Part shown: positions 50,549-58,498 of the stretch, one piece after another
Layout of the letters: each line of letters opens with the position of its first letter
Position numbering within the stretch: the first letter of the stretch is position 1
Assembly: GCA_947427095.1 (NCBI GenBank)
Contig: CANEGO010000002.1
Coordinates: forward strand, 27,888 to 91,887
DNA: 64,000 bases
Direction: 5' to 3'
DNA from: an uncultured Clostridium sp.
GTDB taxonomy: Bacteria; Bacillota_I; Bacilli_A; RF39; UBA660
The notes under the pieces: model-generated
Told to the model about the DNA's origin: nothing
Database searches by the model: none
Seen by the model: only the letters and a program-made list of their open reading frames with translations
Made by a program: the position numbers and the translations under genes

Positions 50549-51084
50549 TGGGTTACTATCATTTGTTTTTTCTTGTTCTTTTTGATCTTTTTCGTACGCC
50601 TCCTGCCATAAACTATGATCATCACCATCATAATTTTCATAATCAAATTTATCAGCTTGACTACTACCATCAGAAGAACTTTTTTCACCATTATCACTAG
50701 AATTATTTTCTTAATTACCTTTATTTTTTTGTTCTTTATCTTTGAATAGCATATCATAAAGTTCTTCAGCTGAATAATTTAAAGCCTCATCAACAGTCTG
50801 TAATTTTTTTATCTCTATTTCAAGCTGTTTTGGCAATTTTAGCGATTTATCCCTACTTACCTGATTCAATACTACCACCACTTACTGCACAATAATAATC
50901 ATTATTTAATAAAAAATTAATACTAATTAAATAATATTTTGATTATAACATTATTGGTAAATTATGTAAAATATGTATAATTTTATATATTTTAACATTA
51001 ATATAAAAATTATAAGTAATTTAAAAAAAGAATAGAAAATTTAAATTCACTTATAAAAAAGTCTATACTTTATAAAGTATAGAC

Positions 51085-51552
51085 CTATTCTACTTTACAA
51101 GTAAATCCATCTTTTTCAGCAGATTTCTTGTTATCTTCTAAAGTACTGTTATCATCTTTTAAATCAGCAAAACCTTGAGCTTCTAATGCTTCTTCACTAG
51201 CATTTTCTACATCAATATCTAAAGTTACTTTATATTCGTAATTTTGATCATCCTTTGTTACCTTTAAACTAACACCATCTTTATCGGACTCTTTGTTTTG
51301 CTCATCCATAGATTCTGTAAACATAGACCAATTTTCCTTTACCTCATCATCAGTAATTTTAGTATTAACATCCATTGTCATATGATTTAATTTATCATTC
51401 TTAAATGTCATAGAAATTACTTGCTCTATATTCATACCTTCTTCATCTTGCGTACTTGTGCAAACTAATTTTCGCTCAGTTTCTTTAGTAGCACATCCCG
51501 TAACTAAGACAACACTAGCTAATCCTAAGAATATCATACCAAATTTTTTCAT
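51085..51552 (-). CDS. lipoprotein (YehR/DUF1307-like)
   Basis: Lipobox LVTGC. Acidic mature domain. Size and pattern resemble DUF1307. Confidence 0.6.
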   Translation of the reverse strand: MKKFGMIFLGLASVVLVTGCATKETERKLVCTSTQDEEGMNIEQVISMTFKNDKLNHMTMDVNTKITDDEVKENWSMFTESMDEQNKESDKDGVSLKVTKDDQNYEYKVTLDIDVENASEEALEAQGFADLKDDNSTLEDNKKSAEKDGFTCKVE

Positions 51553-52202
51553 TATAGTTATCTCCTTTCTAATATTATTGTACCAAATCGTTCATGTGAA
51601 GTCTAGATTATCACTTCGATTAAAAATCATTTACAAACTTAATCTAAAGCATTATATTTTTTTAATTTATATATAAGGTATCCATATTTACTAATCTTAT
51701 AAACGTTGGAACTTTATTTTTAACTTATAATAATTATAGTTAAAACATTACCGATTCTCTTGTTATTAATGAATGAAAATAATACTTTCGCACATTAAAC
51801 ATTAAGGCATTAATAAACGATTACCGATTATGTATAATATCGTTTCAGAATGTATTAAATTTATTTTAAAACCTTAACCGGGGCAAAAAACAACTCTGGA
51901 ATAGCATCACGTCTGATTTCCCTGCTACATAACTTTGTAACATTTTAACTAATAACTCAAGATTTTTTGCCCAAATCATATAATCTTGACGATGAAAAAT
52001 ACTACCATCAATCTTTTTATTCAAATACAACTCTTACTCTTGATAAAGAATTTTTAAGCTTTAATATTTTTGATAGAACTTCTGATTATAATTATTTAAA
52101 TAATAAAATTTTTAATCCTACATTTTTATTTTTTTATCAAAAATCCCCAAAACTCTTTACACTAACAAAAAAATAAAATCATCTTCTTTATTTTATTATA
52201 AC

Positions 52203-52234
52203 AAAAAAATGTAGCCACTTTTTTTGTGTCTACA
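52203..52234 (-). terminator. terminator of the ftsE-ftsX-M23 operon
   Basis: Minus strand: TGTAGACAC, A7 loop, GTGGCTACA, then TTTTTTTG. Confidence 0.6.
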
Positions 52235-52269
52235 TTTATATTACAACTTCATATTTAATACTAACTTTT

Positions 52270-53466
52270 TTATCTATTGTAATAACTAGAACCTTTTGCT
52301 GGAAAGGGTATAACACTTCTTGGGTCTATCGAATTATCTATAAATTGTTGATATGAAGTATAATAGTTAAAATCATACCACTTTCCATGAGCTAAACCAA
52401 AATGTAAATGGGGTCCAGTTGAATTTCCAGTATTACCAGATTTAGCTATCACAGTATCTTTAGTTACTATTGAACCAATATTTACATTAAACGATGATAA
52501 ATGGGCATAATACGAAGTATAATATTTTCCATTTATTTGGTGCCATATTATTACTTGTTTTCCACCGTATTTATTACTATCGATTATTTTAGCAACATAA
52601 CCTGGCGCCGTTGCATACACATCTGTTCCAATAGGCATTTTGATATCAATTGCAGCATGAAAATTTGGTTTATTATAAAGAGTTCTCCAACCATAATTAC
52701 TAGTTATATTACCGCTTTTAGTTGGTCTAAAGAAATTGGTTCCAGAAGGCAAATAATTTGAATCACCTTTATTTGCGTAATAATTAGCAAGACAGGTTGA
52801 AACATTAATATTATCACTGCACCCTAACGAACGGTAATACTTAATTTGCTTTCTTATTTCATTGATTGTTTCTTGTTCAGACATTCCTTCTTCATCTAGT
52901 TTACTTTGTTTTTCATTTAATACGATAATTTGTGTAGATAATTCATCCTTTAGTTTAACTAATTCATTTTTCTTCTGATCTAAATCCTTTTTTATAACCT
53001 CATTTTGCTTTATCATATCATTCATTTCTTTTACTACTTTTTTATTATAATTAGTAATTTGTTCAGTTATTGCTAACCTATATACAAGATCAGTTATACT
53101 TTCTGCTCCCATGATATACTCTAGCATGGTAGAGCCAGATGATGTAATCTGATAATAACGCATCAATTCCTCTGTTTCTTTATTTTTAGTAACTATGTCT
53201 TTTTCTAGTTGTTCACTTTCTTTTGTTTTTGCATCTATATCAGAATTAATTTTTTCTATATTTGATTTTATTGTATTTATTTTTTTATTTGTTTCGTCAA
53301 TACTCTGTTTATTTATTGCCTTTTGTACATTTGTATCATCTAATTTTTTTTGCGTAGCATTTATTTCTTGTTCCATCTGAGCAATTGTCTTAGCATTTAT
53401 GGTAGTTATTGGAATTAAAAGCGCTATTAATATTACTACGCCATATTTCAAAGTTTTCTTTATCAT
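52270..53466 (-). CDS. coiled-coil M23 peptidase (EnvC/PcsB-type FtsEX partner)
   Basis: Signal/TM segment, a long coiled coil, and a C-terminal M23 domain (HAAIDI ... HLHFG). Start overlaps the ftsX stop (ATGA). Confidence 0.8.
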   Translation of the reverse strand: MIKKTLKYGVVILIALLIPITTINAKTIAQMEQEINATQKKLDDTNVQKAINKQSIDETNKKINTIKSNIEKINSDIDAKTKESEQLEKDIVTKNKETEELMRYYQITSSGSTMLEYIMGAESITDLVYRLAITEQITNYNKKVVKEMNDMIKQNEVIKKDLDQKKNELVKLKDELSTQIIVLNEKQSKLDEEGMSEQETINEIRKQIKYYRSLGCSDNINVSTCLANYYANKGDSNYLPSGTNFFRPTKSGNITSNYGWRTLYNKPNFHAAIDIKMPIGTDVYATAPGYVAKIIDSNKYGGKQVIIWHQINGKYYTSYYAHLSSFNVNIGSIVTKDTVIAKSGNTGNSTGPHLHFGLAHGKWYDFNYYTSYQQFIDNSIDPRSVIPFPAKGSSYYNR

Positions 53467-54362
53467 ATCTTTAAATATTTCCTTACTGCACGATAACTAC
53501 CAATCATACCAACAACAACGCCTAATCCCACTAAGATTAGCGCTATTACGTAAACAAAAGGTTCAGCTACAACAAGCTTAAAGAATGGAGAAAATAATTG
53601 ACCACTAAAGTGATTATATAATGCTGAATAACCATAAATAGTTATTATTACTGGTATTAACGAACCTAAAAATCCCAAACATAACCCTTCTATAACAAAA
53701 GGCTGTTTAATAGAAAAGTTTGAGGCACCAACAAGTCTCATTATTTCTATTTCCTTTTTTCTTGAGAAAATAGTTATTTTTATTGTATTAGTTATTAAAA
53801 ATAAGGCTACTAATACTAATGCAATCATTGCAATCATCATAGCTTTTTCAACACCTTTAAAAATAGAAAGTAAGTTTTCTACCATACCTTGACCATATTT
53901 GACATCAGTTATTAATTCCAAGTTATTGATTTTTTCAGCCGTTTTAGAAATAGTTTCGGTATCTTTTACTTTTACTAACATAGTATCATATAACGGATTA
54001 TTATCATCAGACCAACTATCTATTATCTTCGCTAAGTCACTTGATGTATTTTTCATTTCATTTGCTATTTCTTTTTTCGATTGGTGAGTAATCGTTTCTA
54101 CGTTTTCATAACCAGAAATTTCTTTTTTCAAATCATTTATTTGAGCTTCAGTAGCAGAAACATCAACAAAGGCAACAATAGTAAAATCTTCTTTAACCCT
54201 TTTTGTAACACTTTCAACATTATATGAAACAATAAGTGCTATAGCAACAATTAAAAGGGTTATTGTTATACATGAAATTGAAGCTAGTGATAAACTAAGG
54301 TTTCTTCCAACACTCTTAAATCCATCTCTTATGTTTCTAAAAAATATTCTAAGCGCCTTCAT
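53463..54362 (-). CDS. ftsX: cell division permease FtsX
   Basis: 4-TM FtsX layout with a large first extracytoplasmic loop. Start set at MKALRIFFRN. Confidence 0.85.
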   Translation of the reverse strand: MKALRIFFRNIRDGFKSVGRNLSLSLASISCITITLLIVAIALIVSYNVESVTKRVKEDFTIVAFVDVSATEAQINDLKKEISGYENVETITHQSKKEIANEMKNTSSDLAKIIDSWSDDNNPLYDTMLVKVKDTETISKTAEKINNLELITDVKYGQGMVENLLSIFKGVEKAMMIAMIALVLVALFLITNTIKITIFSRKKEIEIMRLVGASNFSIKQPFVIEGLCLGFLGSLIPVIITIYGYSALYNHFSGQLFSPFFKLVVAEPFVYVIALILVGLGVVVGMIGSYRAVRKYLKI

Positions 54363-55047
54363 AATTACTATAACTTCCCTTCTCATAATCTTTAGCTAAT
54401 TTTCCATTATCTAACATAACTACTCTTTTTTTCATTTTATCTACCATTTCTCTATCATGAGTTGCCATGACTATCGTTGTACCTAAATCATTTATCTTTT
54501 CGATTATCTTCATAACTTCTAAACTAGTATCCGGATCCAAATTACCAGTAGGCTCATCACAAATTAATAATTTTGGAGAATTAACAATAGCCCTTGCTAT
54601 TGCGACTCTTTGTTGCTCTCCACCAGATAATTGATCAGGATAGCTCTTCGTTCTAGACTTAAGACCAACAAGATCTAATGCTTTTAAAACTTTTCTTTTT
54701 ATTTCTTCCGTTGGTAATCCATATATTTCAAGAGCAAAAGCAACATTTTCATAAACAGTTAATTTAGGTAATAATTTATAATCTTGAAAGACTATCCCTA
54801 TTTTTCTTCTTAATTTATAAACTTTGTTATTTTTTACTTTAGCAACGTTAACACCACCAACATAAATTTCACCACTTGTTGGTTTTTCCTCACGATATAG
54901 CATCTTTATTAAAGTTGATTTCCCAGATCCTGAAGCACCAATTACGAACACAAATTCGCCCTTTTTTATATCTAAATTCATATTGTAAACTGCGTTAACA
55001 CCATTTTTATACGTTTTATCAACGTTCTTAAACCTAATAAATTCCAT
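54349..55047 (-). CDS. ftsE: cell division ATP-binding protein FtsE
   Basis: GASGSGKST, LSGGEQQR, LICDEPT. Confidence 0.9.
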   Translation of the reverse strand: MEFIRFKNVDKTYKNGVNAVYNMNLDIKKGEFVFVIGASGSGKSTLIKMLYREEKPTSGEIYVGGVNVAKVKNNKVYKLRRKIGIVFQDYKLLPKLTVYENVAFALEIYGLPTEEIKRKVLKALDLVGLKSRTKSYPDQLSGGEQQRVAIARAIVNSPKLLICDEPTGNLDPDTSLEVMKIIEKINDLGTTIVMATHDREMVDKMKKRVVMLDNGKLAKDYEKGSYSNYEGA

Positions 55048-55067
55048 TTAAATCCCTTCCTTTACTT

Positions 55068-55976
55068 CTAAGCAATACTACTATTATCTCCACTATAAGT
55101 TCCACTAGTTTGGTAAGCATCGGTTACAAGCACGACTGCTTTTGGATCAATTTGCTCAATGCCCTCACTTACTTTAAAATATTCTCCTGTAGGAACTACG
55201 CACATAATAATTTGATCTTTTTTATTAGTATATCCACCTCTTGTTTCTATTAAGGTAATACCTAATTTTAGCTCATTTAACAAGTAATCACATACCCTAT
55301 CGTCCTCATTAGTAGTAATATAAACCGCCTTATTTCTAGATATACCTAGTACCACTTTATCCACCATTATGTTTATTATATATAGAACTATCATGGCATA
55401 CAACACCCTGGTCCATCCAAAGAAAAAACCACCGATTAAAACAATTATTCCGTCAGTCATTAACATCGCGGTGCCTATTGATACTTTGAAATATTTAGAA
55501 ACAATTTGGTTTAATATATCTGTACCACCAGTTGTAAATCCACTTTTAAAAACAATACCAGCGGCAAATCCTACACAAACACCCCCAATAATAGTAATTA
55601 AAAGCAAATCTGAATTATCAATTACTATATAATTACCTATATTAGAAGTAAGTTTTACAAAAATGGGAAATAAAAGTGATCCAACAACCGAATCGAGGGT
55701 TTGTTTTTTTCCTAGCAAGAAAAAACTCAAAGTTAGAAAAAATACATTTAATATTAATATCATTATAGATGGATCTATTAAGCTTTGCGTGATTATTGAT
55801 ATACCACTAGCTCCTCCATAGACAATATTGTTTTTGAAAAAGAATAAATTATATGCTACTGCATAAATTACAACCGCTATAACTAATAAAACATACCTTT
55901 TTAATAAATGAGTTTTTTCAACAAGTTGTAGTATATTTTGCTTTCGCTTTTCTTTAAGCCTCTTAAAAAGTTTCAT
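55068..55976 (-). CDS. YitT-family membrane protein (DUF161 plus DUF2179)
   Basis: GGASG motif. C-terminal DUF2179-like ITLIETRGGYT. Confidence 0.75.
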   Translation of the reverse strand: MKLFKRLKEKRKQNILQLVEKTHLLKRYVLLVIAVVIYAVAYNLFFFKNNIVYGGASGISIITQSLIDPSIMILILNVFFLTLSFFLLGKKQTLDSVVGSLLFPIFVKLTSNIGNYIVIDNSDLLLITIIGGVCVGFAAGIVFKSGFTTGGTDILNQIVSKYFKVSIGTAMLMTDGIIVLIGGFFFGWTRVLYAMIVLYIINIMVDKVVLGISRNKAVYITTNEDDRVCDYLLNELKLGITLIETRGGYTNKKDQIIMCVVPTGEYFKVSEGIEQIDPKAVVLVTDAYQTSGTYSGDNSSIA

Positions 55977-57061
55977 TTTGTTTTTCCTTTCTTAAATAAC
56001 TATCTATAAATTCATCTATGTTACCATCCATAACCTTATTAACATTTGAAGTCTCATATCCTGTTCTATGATCCTTCACCATTGAATATGGATGCATTAC
56101 GTAACTTCTAATTTGAGACCCAAATTCTATACCACTATTATTACTTTTTGCCGAGTCTAGTTTATCTTTTTGTTTCTTTTGTTCTAATTGGTATAATTTA
56201 CTTTTTAATACTTTTAAAGCAGTTTCCTTATTTTTTATTTGACTACGTTCATTTTGGCAAGTAACGACTATACCAGTAGGAATATGCGTTACTCTTACAG
56301 CGCTATCTGTAGTATTAACGCCTTGTCCTCCAGCACCACTACTTCTATAAACATCAATTCTTATATCAGAATCATTTATTTGGATATTTATATTATCATC
56401 AAATTCCGGTATAACATCTACCGCCGCAAAAGATGTGTGCCTTCTGTTATTAGAATCAAAAGGCGATAATCTTACTAACCGATGAACACCTTTTTCTGAT
56501 TTTAAATACCCATAAGCATAGCTTCCTTTTACTATGCAAACAACGCTTTTAACGCCTACCTCTTCGCCAGGCTGCTCATCAAGTATTTCACATTTGAAAC
56601 CTTTTTTATCAAAATATTTTAAGTACATTCTAAGTAGCATTTGAGCCCAATCTTGACTTTCTGTTCCACCAGCACCAGCGTGAATTTCAAAAATAGTATT
56701 TTTTAAATCGTATTCTCCACTTAAGAAAGAGGATATTTCTTGTTCCTTTAAAAGAACTAACGTTTCATTATAAATTGATTCATATTCCATTGTTTCCTCT
56801 TTATCAAGTTCAGAAGAAATACACATTTTTAATAAATCTATATTGTCCTTTATCTTAATAATAGGAGTTACAATTTCTTTTAATGAATTAAGTTCTCTAA
56901 TTATTTCTTCGGCTTTTTTAGGATCATTCCAAAACAAAGGATTTTTACAAGCTTCCTCAAGTAATGTTATTTTTTTGATTTTATTATCTAAGTCAAAGAG
57001 ACCCCCATATTTTAATCAATGATTCGCTTAGAGTATTAACATCTTTATTAGTAATTTCCAT
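55963..57061 (-). CDS. prfB: peptide chain release factor 2, needs programmed +1 frameshift
   Basis: Frame 0 encodes MEITNKDVNTLSESLIKIWGSL then TGA (56996-57061). The +1 frame continues DLDNKIKKITLLEEACKNPLFWNDP... (55963-56994). SPF and GGQ motifs present. Confidence 0.9.
56992..57007 (-). promoter_or_regulatory. RF2 autoregulatory frameshift site
   Basis: TGGGGGTCTCTTTGAC has an internal SD-like GGGGG, a 3-nt gap, then CTT TGA C. This is the same layout as E. coli prfB. Confidence 0.85.
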
Positions 57062-57078
57062 ATAATCACCTATTTTTA

Positions 57079-57087
57079 ATTATAACA
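57079..57087 (-). promoter_or_regulatory. extended -10 (TGTTATAAT) upstream of prfB
   Basis: Minus strand reads tttTGTGTTATAATtaaaaataGGTGAttatATG. Confidence 0.4.
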
Positions 57088-57119
57088 CAAAAACCGGATT
57101 TAAGAAATTAAAGTATATT

Positions 57120-57154
57120 AAAAAATACTGGGATTGTTTTCCACAGTATTTTTT
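57120..57154. terminator. bidirectional terminator after the Ppx/GppA-like gene
   Basis: AAAAAATACTGGG, 8-nt loop, CCACAGTATTTTTT (one bulge). Confidence 0.55.
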
Positions 57155-57213
57155 AATATATAGAAAGAAGTATTATTTTTATTTTTCCTTTAATACCTAA
57201 TTAACAACTATTA

Positions 57214-58107
57214 TCAACTATTTAATTTTTCTTTTAATCCATCTTCCATATTAATTTTTGTTGGAATAATATACTTTGCATTTACTTTATGAGAAATTAA
57301 ATTTGTAATTACTTTCATTGCTCTTGAACCATCAAACCATAATGGATTATCACTATTTTGCCTTATTGCTTCTAAAGACGTAATAAGTGCATCACGGTCA
57401 TATTGATTGTTCATTTCTTTAGTTATCATATATTTTTGATTATCACAATCATATAAAGAATTTTCTAATAAATTATATTTAGCATTATTATACCAATATA
57501 AATGATCTCCACCTGCCAAAATCAAAACGTCCGCTTCAATTTCTATATTGCCAATTAAGCCGTCAACATAATTATATACTTCTTCAAAAGTACAAGTTGG
57601 AATATCTTCTTTCAAACTATCAAATTCTCTAGTAATATCTACTACCCCAAAATTATAATATTTTTTATCAATAACTTTTTTATTATTAACAAATATAAGT
57701 TCAATAGACCCTCCACCACCAATAAATATGCATATATTTCTTTCGTAATCAATATTATTATAACAACCTAAAGCTGTATAATAAGCTTCATCGTCTTGGG
57801 ATACAACTTCTATTTCTAAATTGTATTTATTCTTTATTTTCAAATTTATATTTTCTAATTCTTCATTGGAAATATTTCTGAAAATACTACACCCATATAT
57901 ATGCACTTCATTTGTATATTCTAGTGCTTTTTCTATTATCTTGTTAAGAAGATATAAATCATCATCATTTATTTTGCGTCCTTTTTGATAATTTTTCTTA
58001 AATTCTATGGTTGTATTATCTTCATATATCAATTCATCATTATCATAAATATGCGTTTTAGTATTATTACTGCCAATTTCTATTATTGCCAATTTCTTAT
58101 TATGCAT
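57214..58107 (-). CDS. Ppx/GppA-family phosphatase-like (ASKHA fold)
   Basis: AIIEIGSNNTK, IYGCSIFRN, DDEAYY, and IGGGGSIEL match the order of Ppx/GppA N-domain motifs. Confidence 0.6.
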   Translation of the reverse strand: MHNKKLAIIEIGSNNTKTHIYDNDELIYEDNTTIEFKKNYQKGRKINDDDLYLLNKIIEKALEYTNEVHIYGCSIFRNISNEELENINLKIKNKYNLEIEVVSQDDEAYYTALGCYNNIDYERNICIFIGGGGSIELIFVNNKKVIDKKYYNFGVVDITREFDSLKEDIPTCTFEEVYNYVDGLIGNIEIEADVLILAGGDHLYWYNNAKYNLLENSLYDCDNQKYMITKEMNNQYDRDALITSLEAIRQNSDNPLWFDGSRAMKVITNLISHKVNAKYIIPTKINMEDGLKEKLNS

Positions 58108-58140
58108 ATAAACTATTCCTTTCTTTTGGCTCGTCTATTC

Positions 58141-58172
58141 TGTCCACAAAATTAAATTTAATTTTGTGGACA
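58141..58172. repeat. perfect 32-bp palindrome
   Basis: TGTCCACAAAATTAAA|TTTAATTTTGTGGACA, located 34 nt upstream of the Ppx-like ATG. Confidence 0.9.
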
Positions 58173-58306
58173 AGTTGTAAGCAAATTACAATTTACAAAA
58201 TCAATTAATGAATTTTATATATTTTATAAGGACTTATAGATTATTTACCACAACATTGTTTATATTTCTTTCCCGAACCACAAGTTGAAGCAAATCAAGT
58301 ATATAT

Positions 58307-58401
58307 AGTATTTATGTTATTTACTATATTATTGTTATTTCTTTATTTTGCGGATTCCGTAACATCAGTATTTGTGGTATTTATAGTATTATTGTTACTA
58401 T
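58307..58401. repeat. imperfect ~34-bp direct repeat, 60-bp period
   Basis: AGTATTTATGTTATTTACTATATTATTGTTATTT versus AGTATTTGTGGTATTTATAGTATTATTGTTACTA. About 27 of 34 positions identical by eye. Confidence 0.6.
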
Positions 58402-58498
58402 AAATTATTTCTTATCAGCAAACATTTTGCAAACATTGTTTGCATCCTTCACTCACTAAGATTATATCACAAATATTTATTTTTTGTTTTTTTATTTA

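Noticed and set aside
50509-50757. Two ORFs (63 aa on plus, 78 aa on minus) upstream of the VWA-like gene
   Set aside because: Their translations are His/Tyr- or Lys/Ile-rich low-complexity. A third frame on the minus strand gives a sensible acidic linker continuous with the VWA ORF, so these are frame artefacts.
51967-52176. 69-aa plus-strand ORF in the long spacer
   Set aside because: No SD. The composition is Asn/Phe/Tyr-rich and AT-driven. It runs against the local transcription direction and into the operon terminator.
58141-58150. DnaA-box-like CTGTCCACA within the palindrome arms
   Set aside because: It has two mismatches to TTATCCACA, and there is no cluster of boxes or AT-rich unwinding context indicating an origin.
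58271-58290. GGTTCGGGAA on the minus strand, resembling a tRNA T-loop and hinting at a tRNA att site
   Set aside because: The flanking bases do not form a T-stem or an acceptor stem. No cloverleaf could be built.
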